From Candidatus Latescibacterota bacterium (GTDB lineage: Bacteria; Latescibacterota; UBA2968; GCA-2709665), in assembly GCA_965222075.1 (NCBI GenBank), contig OZ244937.1:640001-704000 (forward strand): a DNA stretch of 64,000 bases, read 5' to 3'. Position numbers and translations under genes: made by a program. The notes below the pieces were generated by a model, which was given only the letters and a program-made list of their open reading frames with translations, did no database searches and was not told the origin of the DNA. Positions 18,905 through 28,191 of this stretch are shown piece after piece. Position 1 is the stretch's first letter, and every line of letters begins with the position of its first letter.

Positions 18905-20359
18905 TCACCGGACATCGTAGCGCAGCATGCTCACATAGGCTCCGGAGAAGAAGACGAGGGCCCATAAGACTACGACCAACACATCCACCAGGGCCTTTCG
19001 GAGGACTCCGGCGGTGCCCGCTTCCTGAAACGTGAAGCGCGGTATCCCGGCGAGGTCCCACTTCTGCTTGCCATACTTGGCCGGATGGATCCCGCTCAGA
19101 ACATAGCGCTCCGATTTCTCTGTCCTCCACGGCGAGTATATCTGGCGGATATGGTTCCGGATGAAGGCCTCTTCGAAGCTCTGGTGCCGATTGATGCCGG
19201 TTCCGGCCAGGCGGACAACAGTGTTCCGGAACGCGAAGGCGGGCGACAATCGAGCCAGCACAACGGCCAGACGCGTCCGCTGGTCATACTTATTTCGAAA
19301 GTCTTCGTTCAGGCGGTCAATAAGCGGCTGACTCTGGTTGGTGAGAATTTCGTCCCGCGTCTTGAGGTAGTTGCGACGCTGGGCTTCGCGTCCCTCCGGG
19401 GTCCGCCACCATTCTTTTCCGGCCTGCCGGTCCCGCCATTCCCTGCGGGCTTCGCGCCACTTTCTCAGGTACTGGAGTTGGATGGCGTAGCGCTTTGCCT
19501 GGTGTTCGTGAATGGAAGGGGCAGGCCGAAGGGCGTCGGCCGCGATCAGACTCACTTTTGGGACAACCACAACGGTGGTAACCCAGTAGACCAGCAGAAT
19601 CACAAAAGAGGTGGCTGAACGGTGGGTCAGGCACGATGCGAAGAGACCCGCACAGGTGCAGGAGACCAGATAAAGCAAAAAAGCGACGACGATGCCCCCG
19701 AGGCGCACCCATTCAGGGTCGGTGATCCGCACCTGAGGCATCCATAGCAGCACGGCCAGGCCCAGGAGCAGGGGCAGTCCGAAGGCGCAAAGCGAGAGTG
19801 TGCAGATTCCAGCGAATTTGCTCAGCAGCAGCTGATGTTTCGGAACAGGGTACGACGAGACGAGCCGGAGGGTTCCGTTCTCTTTCTCGCCGCAGATCGC
19901 ATTGTAGATAAAGAGCAAGACGAACAGGCTAAGAACGGCCTGGGCCACGTGTCCGAGGTCCAGAGAGGGGAACACCCCCAGGATGGGCTCTGCCTCTACG
20001 GGGCTGCGCCTGAGCCGCCTCTGGGGAGTACCGGTACTGGAGATGGAGCGGCCCAGCGTGGGTTCCAGTCCGCGTATGAAGATGCTCATCTGTGTGGGGG
20101 GTTTGTGCTCAAAGAACCCTATGTTGGTGATCTCGTACCAGGGGTAGTACGGCACCACCCGGTTGGCCTCCTCGATCTGCCGGATGCGCTGTTCGGTTGC
20201 AGCCTGTGCGGAACGGTAGTCCCTGAGCCTGGCCAGATAGTCGGCATATCCGCTGTAGAGGCTCAGCCAGATCGTCAGGGCTCCTATTCCGGTTAGAATC
20301 AGAAAGCGCACGCTGAGAATGTGGTCCAGGATCTCTTTACGGATGAGATGACCGAACAC
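18905..20359 (-). CDS. ABC-2 type transporter permease subunit (paralog of the downstream gene)
   Basis: LIRKEIL, ICGEKENGTLRL and RYDVR; GTG start after SD AAGGAGG. Confidence 0.85.
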   Translation of the reverse strand: MFGHLIRKEILDHILSVRFLILTGIGALTIWLSLYSGYADYLARLRDYRSAQAATEQRIRQIEEANRVVPYYPWYEITNIGFFEHKPPTQMSIFIRGLEPTLGRSISSTGTPQRRLRRSPVEAEPILGVFPSLDLGHVAQAVLSLFVLLFIYNAICGEKENGTLRLVSSYPVPKHQLLLSKFAGICTLSLCAFGLPLLLGLAVLLWMPQVRITDPEWVRLGGIVVAFLLYLVSCTCAGLFASCLTHRSATSFVILLVYWVTTVVVVPKVSLIAADALRPAPSIHEHQAKRYAIQLQYLRKWREARREWRDRQAGKEWWRTPEGREAQRRNYLKTRDEILTNQSQPLIDRLNEDFRNKYDQRTRLAVVLARLSPAFAFRNTVVRLAGTGINRHQSFEEAFIRNHIRQIYSPWRTEKSERYVLSGIHPAKYGKQKWDLAGIPRFTFQEAGTAGVLRKALVDVLVVVLWALVFFSGAYVSMLRYDVR

Positions 20360-20402
20360 AATATTCCTCCTTGCAGACGAAGACCAGGGCGACGCGACCC
20401 CA

Positions 20403-20515
20403 TCACGACCCTGGCCAATCGGCACCAGCACCCGGCCCCAGAACATGCCAGTGCATGTGCGGCGTCACACCGGGAGCCGCAGCATTGGCACGCACGTAAA
20501 ACCCCTCACCATTCT
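20403..20515 (-). pseudogene. C-terminal remnant of a HIT-family hydrolase
   Basis: Manual translation GFYVRANAAAPGVTPHMHWHVLGPG contains the histidine-triad HxHxH motif; no start was found. Confidence 0.55.
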
Positions 20516-20862
20516 GAAATGAACAATTTTACGATGTCCAACCAACCAGAGAAAAAATAGGGCTTATTGATGCAAACGCAACTTCTTTCTGGGTCTTGCA
20601 CTCAAACCTTTACGACAATTGCGCGAGTTGGCTGCGCTTTCTCCAGAGGCAGAGAAGTAGATGGCTGATTCGATTGATCCCATCTTAATTGAGATAAACA
20701 AATCGCACGTTCCCCTCCAAACCCACCTCACGTTCTACAAAGCGGATACCCGTTGCCTGATGTGTCAGAATTCCCTATCTTAAAAGTATTCAATGGGATG
20801 TTCTTCTTAGTGGATGGATATTCTTTCATTTTCCGGGTGTTTCAAACCAGGTGGAGTGACCG

Positions 20863-21050
20863 ATGTCAACGCGACAGGTTGTTATCGAAGTGCCGGAAAG
20901 GGTGTTGCTGGCTGCAGGTCGTTGAGCCCCATTCTGTACCTTCCGAATGGCTGGCGCTGGACCTGGGTGCAGGGGAGCTTGCTGCGCTGGCGCTTGGGCT
21001 GGAAAATCCAGACCGGGTGGTTCTTGTGGATGAGCGGCTGGCACGGCGCA
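20863..21050 (+). pseudogene. Collapsed UPF0175 antitoxin / DUF3368 PIN toxin remnant
   Basis: MSTRQVVIEVPERVLLA (UPF0175-like start with SD) runs directly into WLQVVEP..LDLGAGELAALALGLE..VLVDERLARR (DUF3368 core) in another frame. Confidence 0.6.
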
Positions 21051-21160
21051 CGTATTGGGAGACTCTCAGCCTGCCTACCGAGGCGGTGGAATACGGTTGA
21101 CCAGCAGGGTGGTCCGGCACTACGATGAGTTGGAGGCGCAGGCGGTCGCGAATGCAGGGA

Positions 21161-21197
21161 GCCCCCGATAGGACAGATTTATCGGGGCTTTTTTTTG
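21161..21197 (+). terminator. Intrinsic terminator-like hairpin
   Basis: CCCCGATA/TATCGGGG stem followed by T8. Confidence 0.6.
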
Positions 21198-21302
21198 TTT
21201 TTTTACGTCTCAGGAGGATACTTTCTTTTGATATGTGCGTCAATTGTTATGAACGCGTTCGAAGCAGGGTATTAACGTGCAGCGTTGCGGAGGGGACATC
21301 CG

Positions 21303-22745
21303 GTGGAGCGACCGGAAGACCGGGATCTGATCGAGCAGACGCTGGCCGGAAATCAGAGGGCGTTTGCCGTTCTGGTGGAACGCTACGGGCGGGAGGTGTA
21401 CGCCCGGATTGGCCGGTGGGTGCGTTATCCGGAGGATGTTGAGGATCTGGCACAGGAGGTTTTTATCAGGGCGTACTCTCGACTGGGGCAGTTGAGAGAG
21501 GTGCGCAGATTTCCGGCGTGGCTTCGGGCGATTGCCGACAATACGGCGCGGGGGTGGCACCGCCGCCGGATTGTGCAGCTTCAACTGGGAGAGGCCCTGG
21601 AGGCCGAATGGGCCGCTGAAACGGGGAACTCGGGAGACGAAGCGGAGGCCCGGAGGATTCGGGCAATGATTCGGGATGCGCTTCGGTCTCTTTCCGAAGC
21701 GCACCGGCAGGTGATTGTGCATCACTATTTTAAAGGATATACGTACGTGGAGACGGCCGATCTGCTGGGCCTGAAGGTGGATACGGTTCGCAGCCGCCTT
21801 CAGAAGGCGAGACGGCGATTGAGAGAGGAGATGATTGCGATGAGAAATGCGGATACACCCATGCAGGCGTTTGAACTGACGCGGAAAGACCTCAGCGCGT
21901 TGCGCTGGGGAATAGCGTTTGTCAGCCAGGATGAGAACCGTCCCATTCTTCAGGGGGTCTGTTTGGATACGGGGGGGCGGGTTGTTGCGACCGATGGCGC
22001 CCGGCTGCTGATCCGGACCGCGGAAGGTCTGAAGAAGATCGCGGCTCCCGTTATCCTGGGGCCCTGGGGCGAGGTTGAGATTCCCGATGCGGAGCGGGCG
22101 ACGCTTTCCATTGGAGAGGAAAGCGCTGTTTTACAGGTTCAGGGCGAACCGGATCGCCCGGTTTCAGTGATAGAGGGGTCTTATGTCAAGTACGAGTCGG
22201 TCATTCCCACGGATGCGCCCGTTTGCTCCGTAACGGTTCAGACGGGTGCGCTGCTGGAGGCAGTCGAACTGATCGGCGAGCATCTGGCGCCCCGACATCC
22301 GGTGGATCAGGAGGAGACGTGGCGATACTCCCCGGCGATGGAAATCCGGCTCTCTGTACCGGACCAGACGCTTTCGATGATCACGGCGCGAAATATGGGA
22401 TATCGCTGTAAGATGCCGGACGGGGAGTGGCGCCCATACGATCCACACAAAGACGCCGGGGAGGGGCCACCCGCGGACAGTCCGGACTGGACTTTCACGA
22501 CCACGGTTCAGGCCCGGGTGGCCATGAATGGGCCGGAGGAGATTTTTCGGATCGGGGTGAACCATGCGTACTGGCGGTCCGGCATTTGCGCCCTTGAGGC
22601 GGGTCGAGAAGAACCGATGGATTTTCGATTTGTGGGAGTACACAAAGCGATTCTGTGCTCACTTCCCGACCGGGAGGATCGAAAGACGCTGGTGATGCCG
22701 TTGAGGTTGAAACGGGACGAAGCGGGTTCGGAGGATAGCGGGTAG
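21303..22745 (+). CDS. ECF sigma-70 factor fused to a C-terminal DNA polymerase III beta-clamp-like module
   Basis: Sigma region 2 (EDVEDLAQEVFIRAY..FPAWL) and region 4 (YVETADLLGLKVDTVRSRLQKARRRL). DnaN motifs follow: SQDENRPILQGV, VVATDGARL, IEGSYVKYESVIP, IGVNHAY and LVMPLRL. Confidence 0.85.
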   Translation: MERPEDRDLIEQTLAGNQRAFAVLVERYGREVYARIGRWVRYPEDVEDLAQEVFIRAYSRLGQLREVRRFPAWLRAIADNTARGWHRRRIVQLQLGEALEAEWAAETGNSGDEAEARRIRAMIRDALRSLSEAHRQVIVHHYFKGYTYVETADLLGLKVDTVRSRLQKARRRLREEMIAMRNADTPMQAFELTRKDLSALRWGIAFVSQDENRPILQGVCLDTGGRVVATDGARLLIRTAEGLKKIAAPVILGPWGEVEIPDAERATLSIGEESAVLQVQGEPDRPVSVIEGSYVKYESVIPTDAPVCSVTVQTGALLEAVELIGEHLAPRHPVDQEETWRYSPAMEIRLSVPDQTLSMITARNMGYRCKMPDGEWRPYDPHKDAGEGPPADSPDWTFTTTVQARVAMNGPEEIFRIGVNHAYWRSGICALEAGREEPMDFRFVGVHKAILCSLPDREDRKTLVMPLRLKRDEAGSEDSG

Positions 22746-22768
22746 GCGTTTGTGGTTCGTGGACTCCG

Positions 22769-22798
22769 GGGCAACCGTTTGTGGTTGCCCTTTTTTTT
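22769..22798 (+). terminator. Intrinsic terminator after the sigma gene
   Basis: GGGCAACC/GGTTGCCC stem followed by T8. Confidence 0.75.
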
Positions 22799-22948
22799 GT
22801 GGTTCGGACATACCGGTGGTGGGTAAAAACGTGTCCGGGTTTTCTCTTTGGGGTTGACATTCGGGCGATCAGGATACATGATACGTCTTTGGTTTGTCGA
22901 AGCCTTTGGACAGCCACGGGAGGCTGCCTCTACGCAAAGGAGACGGTT

Positions 22949-24094
22949 ATGGATATCGAGGCTGTGCGTGTGGGGATTCCAGCGCTGCAGGAGACATGTT
23001 TTTTTAATACGGCGGGCATCGGGCCGATGCCTTCGGCTGTGGTCGATGAGGTGGTGGGTTTGATCCGTCTGCAGGAGGCGCAGGGGCGGTTCCGGCCGGA
23101 TGTGCGTGGGATGTTAGAGGAGCGGACGGAGGGGGCGCGGGGAATCGCGGCCCGGTTTTTTGGGGTGACGCCGGAGGAGATGATGTTTTCACACAGTATT
23201 TCCGATGGGCTGAATACGGTTTCCGAAGGGTTGGACTGGAAGGCGGGAGACGAGGTGATTACTTCGGACCAGGAACATCCGTCGGGCTACCTGCCCTGGC
23301 TGCTTCAGGCTAAGCAGCAGGGGGTGGTGATAAAACGGCTGCGGCTTCTGCCCGAACCGGAGGGGATGGCCGACCGGCTGAGGGCGCTGCTGACGGAGCG
23401 GACGCGCGTGGTGGTGCTGAGCCACGTGACGAGCAGCCTGGGCATCCGGGTGCCTGCGGCGGAGATCGTTCAGGCCGGACACGAAGCCGGGGCGCTGGTG
23501 GGATTCGACGGGGCGCAGTCTGTGGGGCAGTTTCCGATTGACCTTCGGGAGATGGACTGCGATTTTTACGCGGCCACGAGCTACAAGTGGTGTCTGGGGC
23601 CGTACGGGGTGGGCGCTCTCTACGTGAAGCGGGACGTGCTGCCGCAGGTCGCGGTGAGGCGTTCGGGAGCCAAGGCGGTGGACCGGGTGGATATGGACGC
23701 AGGCACGGTTGTTTTCCCGGATACGGCCCGAAAGTTCGAGTTCGGGGCGCGGAATCTGCCGCTGCGGATCGGGTACGGGAGGGCGCTGCGCCATATCGAA
23801 GAGATCGGGACGGAGCAGATCGAGGCGCGGGTGCGGGAGATGGTGGATTATTTCAGGAAACGGACCTCTGAGATCCCGGGGGCCCGGGTGCAGACGCCGG
23901 CAGGGTTTGACGCGGGGGCGGTGAACGTGGCGGTGGAAGGGGCGGACCCGGATGCGGTGTGCCGGACGCTGTGGGAGGAACATAAGATCGTGGCTGTATC
24001 TCCCGCAGGAGGGCTGCGGTTTTCCGTGGCGTTTTTCAACACGCGGGAGGAGGTGGACGGGGTTGTGGAGGCGTTGAAGCGGGCAGTGGAGTAA
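22949..24094 (+). CDS. Aminotransferase class V-fold PLP enzyme (cysteine desulfurase / IPN epimerase-like)
   Basis: FNTAGIGP, QEHPS, DGAQSVG, PLP lysine in SYKWCLGPYGVG and FEFGA; SD AAGGAG; promoter TTGACA-17-CATGAT at 22854-22882. Confidence 0.88.
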   Translation: MDIEAVRVGIPALQETCFFNTAGIGPMPSAVVDEVVGLIRLQEAQGRFRPDVRGMLEERTEGARGIAARFFGVTPEEMMFSHSISDGLNTVSEGLDWKAGDEVITSDQEHPSGYLPWLLQAKQQGVVIKRLRLLPEPEGMADRLRALLTERTRVVVLSHVTSSLGIRVPAAEIVQAGHEAGALVGFDGAQSVGQFPIDLREMDCDFYAATSYKWCLGPYGVGALYVKRDVLPQVAVRRSGAKAVDRVDMDAGTVVFPDTARKFEFGARNLPLRIGYGRALRHIEEIGTEQIEARVREMVDYFRKRTSEIPGARVQTPAGFDAGAVNVAVEGADPDAVCRTLWEEHKIVAVSPAGGLRFSVAFFNTREEVDGVVEALKRAVE

Positions 24095-24112
24095 GGCGGG
24101 AAGCGTGGGAGG

Positions 24113-24982
24113 CTATGTGTGACACCATTTTTTCAGGAGCGAATTCACGATGTCCAGCGTGCCGTCGTTGTATATGACCGCGTCATAAGCAGAGGCGTAT
24201 TGTTCCAGGGTTGCTTCTGTGCTATCGTTTAAAAAACCGAAACGAATCATACAGGTGTGGTCTATTCCGTCGCCCATCCTTACGTCTTCCAGGGTGTCTC
24301 CCAGGAGCAACACGTTTCTCCTGTGGACGATTTCGCGGTAATAACCGGACTGTTTTGCGCGTTCCTCGTTTTTGTTCAGGCTGTGAATCAACGGTTTTTC
24401 ATAGTCTCTGGCCCTGCCTTCAGCGTCAAGAATCAAGGTGTTGGCGATGATATGGACGTTTTTTGTGAGGCGGTTTCTGGCTTCTAAATAGGCCTCAATC
24501 ACATTTTTGATCCCTGCCGACAGGATCAGGAGGGGGATGTCGTGTCGGTCCAGGATATCGAAAAAATCCCATACCCCCTCTCTCATCCGCAGTTTGTCTT
24601 CCTCAATGATGCGTTCTATAATCCTTCTGTTGAAACCGTATGCAACCAGAAGCTCGTACTGCTTTGACCACCACTGGCGCATTTTGACGATTTTTTCATT
24701 CTCTAAGATATCAGGGGATGTTTCTATGTGACGGTAGGTGTCAAAGAGGGCTTGAGACCGCCGGTTGAAGCCTTCGTCCAGGTAATTTTTATTGATGATG
24801 AGCGAGTAGGTAGACTGGTCTTTGCGGTCTGCTGTTGACGCTCTGGTCAGGGTTCTGTCCCAATCGCTTACAACGTGGAGTTCGCCGATCCCGTCTGCCT
24901 TCAGTTTGTCTAATTTCCGTTTCCATTCCTCAGGGTTTGAAATCCGCACGCTGCTTATGTTGTGTATTTTGTCGTGACTCAC
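24113..24982 (-). CDS. HAD-family pyrimidine 5'-nucleotidase, UMPH-1 / cytosolic 5'-nucleotidase III type
   Basis: HVVSDWDRTLT (DxDxT), EKIVKMRQWW, LILSAGI, IHSLNKN, NVLLLGDTLEDVRMGDG, FGFLND and YDAVI. Confidence 0.82.
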   Translation of the reverse strand: MSHDKIHNISSVRISNPEEWKRKLDKLKADGIGELHVVSDWDRTLTRASTADRKDQSTYSLIINKNYLDEGFNRRSQALFDTYRHIETSPDILENEKIVKMRQWWSKQYELLVAYGFNRRIIERIIEEDKLRMREGVWDFFDILDRHDIPLLILSAGIKNVIEAYLEARNRLTKNVHIIANTLILDAEGRARDYEKPLIHSLNKNEERAKQSGYYREIVHRRNVLLLGDTLEDVRMGDGIDHTCMIRFGFLNDSTEATLEQYASAYDAVIYNDGTLDIVNSLLKKWCHT

Positions 24983-24992
24983 GTCGGGTACT

Positions 24993-25868
24993 TTACGATG
25001 AACATCGGCGTTCCTGTTGGAGACCGACGGCCGAATGGACCGCAAGCGTGATCAGGACGATTGCGCCACCGATAAATGCCTGCGCCCCCGGCTGCTCGCC
25101 CAGCGCGAGCCAGACCCAGTAGGGACCGATTACCATTTCCAGGAGCATCAACAGGTTCACTTCCGGCGCTGGAAGGTATCGCGGCCCGAGCACGATCAGG
25201 CCCAGGGACAGGGGCAGGACGACCAGGCCCAGCAGGAGCAGGTACAACACATCGTTTCCTGCAACGGCCCAGGGGGTGGCCAGCGGGGAGACGAGCACGG
25301 CGGCCATCAGTCCGCCGATGGCGACGCTCGGGGTCATATCTACCTCGGGTACCGACCGCAGCACCGCGAACTGCCCTCCCAGGCAGCATGCGCTGCCAAG
25401 GGCGCACAGGTCGCCAACCAGCAGGCCGCTTTGCAGGTTGCTCGACACGGTGACACCGAGGCCGCAGAGGGCTGAGAAGATGGCGACCCAGGTGCGCTGC
25501 GCAACCGGTTCCCCCAGGAAGGTGCGGCTGAAAATGGCGGCGGCCAGCGGTCCGGCGCCCAGGATGATCAGGGTGTTGGCAACGGTCGTGTGGATGATGG
25601 CCAGAACGAAAAATATCGTGCCGACGGCCATCAGCCCACCCACCAGCAGTCCCTTCCGGCCAACCGCTCGAAACGCATCTCTTACGCCCTGATGAGGGCG
25701 CAGAGAGACCAGAACCGTGAGGCCTGCGGCCATAAGCAGGCCGCGCCAGAAAATCAGGGTCCAGGTGTCGGTTTCAATCAGGCGAATAAGCAGGCTGTCC
25801 GGACTCAGGATCAGGACGCCGCTGACGGTTATCAGAATGCCTTTGAGGTGAGGAGGGTGTGTTGCCAT
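24993..25868 (-). CDS. DMT/EamA family transporter
   Basis: About 10 TM segments; LSPDSLLIRL, FWRG, FLGEPV, GDLCAL and GPRYLPAPEV..LLE. Confidence 0.88.
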   Translation of the reverse strand: MATHPPHLKGILITVSGVLILSPDSLLIRLIETDTWTLIFWRGLLMAAGLTVLVSLRPHQGVRDAFRAVGRKGLLVGGLMAVGTIFFVLAIIHTTVANTLIILGAGPLAAAIFSRTFLGEPVAQRTWVAIFSALCGLGVTVSSNLQSGLLVGDLCALGSACCLGGQFAVLRSVPEVDMTPSVAIGGLMAAVLVSPLATPWAVAGNDVLYLLLLGLVVLPLSLGLIVLGPRYLPAPEVNLLMLLEMVIGPYWVWLALGEQPGAQAFIGGAIVLITLAVHSAVGLQQERRCSS

Positions 25869-26035
25869 AAGCGCCTTTCAAAGGGTACGGGTTTGACGCT
25901 ACAGCCCAGACTCAACCCGCTTTCCGTTTCCACAGCGCCTGCTCGACCCGCTCCCGGATCTCATCCATGCTGGTCCTCAGGTTTGAGTTCCTTGGCTACG
26001 AAGTCATGCGGGGGATTTCCAAAGATCAGTCGCCA

Positions 26036-27520
26036 TCACGCGCGTCTGTCCCATGCCAATTGACGGAGAGTTGCTTCGCGTATTTCCTCCTCGTCGAAGC
26101 CGTACTGTGAGTAGGCGATAACGGCGTCCCGGTTGATGACATAGTTCAGCGGAAAGGCGGTCATGCCGGTCCGTTCGGAGTCCTGGTACTGGTTGGCGAA
26201 CAGGTCCCAACCGGCTGGCGTGGTGTCAAGGATGTTCGGAAACGTGACGCCTTTGTCGGCCAGGAATTGCCGGAGAATGGGTTTCTCGTCCGCCGGGTTC
26301 ATGCCAATGACAACAAGGCCGCGATCCCGGAACGCCTGATGCAACCGCTCCAGCGCAGCCGCCTGCGTTCGGCAGGGTTTGCAACCGACGCGCCAGAAGG
26401 ACAGGAGGACGACGCATCCGCGCGCGTCCGACAGGCGGAATCGTTGTCCGCCTAACGTCGTTCTCTCGAAGTCGGGCGCGTCCGCGCCGATAGGCAACAG
26501 GTTGTCTTCGAGCGAAGGGTGGCGGAACTCCACCCAATCGGCCGGGGGTTCCCATGCGAAAATCGAGTCGTCGATGGTTGGGTTGAGTTGGATGGCGTTC
26601 CATCGCGCGCGCTGGAACTGACGGTCATTTACGTATAGCCGCTGTTCCACTTTGCGCGGCAAGCCGTCTGCGAGGGACAGCCAGAGCGCCTGAACGCGTT
26701 GGCCCTTCATCAAGCTCACCTCGATGACGTCGCAGTCTTCGCCAGCCGCCGTTCCGACCCCGACACAGGCGATGCTGTCCACATAGGACAGCATCGGGTC
26801 GTTATAACCGTGGAAGGCGCTTGGGTTGAGAATGAGGTGCGCGCCGATGTTTTTGGCGGCGTGCCAGATGGAGAATCGATTCGCCGGCTGTTCCTCGACC
26901 ATGTAACTGGTGAGCTTCGCGCGCTCGTGTTGGGCGGGGTCTTCCCACGAGTATTGGGGTCGTCCGCCGGGCCAGGTTCGCCAGAATCGCTTCCCGTCTC
27001 CGATAAGTGCGCTGGTAACGGCCCCATCCTCCAGATTCTCGAGTCGTGCATAACCCGGCTTCTTGAGCCACATGCGGCACTGGCCCTTGCGGAGCGTCTG
27101 CGCTTTAACACGCCAGACGAAGTCGATTTCGACGTACAGGGAGTCGGCGCCGCGCAGTTCACGCAACATCCGGTCGAAGCGTTCCCGGCCTCGCGGGTCG
27201 TCCTGAGCCGCTGCGTTGACGGGAGCGTCTCCTGTGTTGCGCCACTGGGGCGCAATCGACCCGCGCAACGCGGCGACACGCGCTTTCATCTGCTCCCAGT
27301 TGTCGAAGCCATACTCGCGGGCGAGGGTGAATTGCGCCTCTGCGAGCGGCAGCGAGGCTGCGCGTATCTCGTCGTCCGACTTGTCTGTGAATCTGGGGTG
27401 TGCGGCCCGTATTCGCGCGAAAGCATCGCGCTCCTGAGCACGGTAGGCTTTATGGAGGGCCTTCGCCTGACGGCGAAGATGGTTGACGTCGGGGTCGGCA
27501 GGCAGACGTGGGGTTGGCAT
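26036..27520 (-). CDS. Multidomain protein: N-terminal helical module + LolA-like domain + TlpA-type redoxin
   Basis: LPADPDVNHLRRQAKAL..AQFTLAREYGFDNW; LolA-like KKPGYARLE..IGDGK..LNPTIDDSIFAWEPP; APDFE..FWRVGCKPC. Confidence 0.75.
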   Translation of the reverse strand: MPTPRLPADPDVNHLRRQAKALHKAYRAQERDAFARIRAAHPRFTDKSDDEIRAASLPLAEAQFTLAREYGFDNWEQMKARVAALRGSIAPQWRNTGDAPVNAAAQDDPRGRERFDRMLRELRGADSLYVEIDFVWRVKAQTLRKGQCRMWLKKPGYARLENLEDGAVTSALIGDGKRFWRTWPGGRPQYSWEDPAQHERAKLTSYMVEEQPANRFSIWHAAKNIGAHLILNPSAFHGYNDPMLSYVDSIACVGVGTAAGEDCDVIEVSLMKGQRVQALWLSLADGLPRKVEQRLYVNDRQFQRARWNAIQLNPTIDDSIFAWEPPADWVEFRHPSLEDNLLPIGADAPDFERTTLGGQRFRLSDARGCVVLLSFWRVGCKPCRTQAAALERLHQAFRDRGLVVIGMNPADEKPILRQFLADKGVTFPNILDTTPAGWDLFANQYQDSERTGMTAFPLNYVINRDAVIAYSQYGFDEEEIREATLRQLAWDRRA

Positions 27521-27739
27521 GGCTACCTTCTTTCTGTGTTGGGCCCGATGTCCGCCTGAACGGGTCGAAAGAAGGTTGTAAAATATGACGAACGGCCGGT
27601 GGACTATGTCCTTCCTGCGGACGCGGCGCTTCCGGCAAAGCATAAATAAGATAACGTTGCGATGCGCGCGTGTCAAGCGCGGTTTTTATCTTTGTCGGCG
27701 TATTCCTGAGCGTAATCGGCGGCTCGACAGGGTCGGGCT

Positions 27740-27902
27740 GGTGCTGCGCCTGTCGGCGGTGTCGACCGGCCAACTGACCCTGCACATCAGCGGGCGCTCG
27801 TTCACGCTCGACGACGCGCCGGCTTCCGGAGGGGAGTATGTCTGGGAGCCGCGCGACATGTGGTGGCGCGATGGCGAGACGGTGTACATGAGCCTGATTT
27901 AG
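27740..27902 (+). pseudogene. Remnant of a beta-rich surface/adhesin-type domain
   Basis: LTLHISGRSFTLDDA..EYVW..WRDGETVYMSL resembles repeats of large secreted proteins; no credible start. Confidence 0.4.
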
Positions 27903-28191
27903 CGGTTGTTTCGGGGTGGCATTCATACTAAATTATCTTTGTCACCACACACGATCGGCGACCGGACTTGGCCGGGCGTGGACAAGACGATACTTTGGGC
28001 ATGGCAGGTTCCTTGGGCGAGGAGGCATGCCCAATCTACCAAGGAGCCTGTCTTTATTCAACCGCTGAACTGAAAAGCAAGTACGGATTCACGCACCAAT
28101 GCCGCTCAGAATTGCAAACAACTGACACGCGGAACGAACACAGGCCGTCCCCATCAAGGGCAATGTCTGAAATAAGGAGAGGTAAATAGCC

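Noticed and set aside
21840-22745. The genome's true dnaN gene
   Set aside because: Domain I is missing, it is in frame with an ECF sigma, and there is no dnaA/recF/gyrB context.
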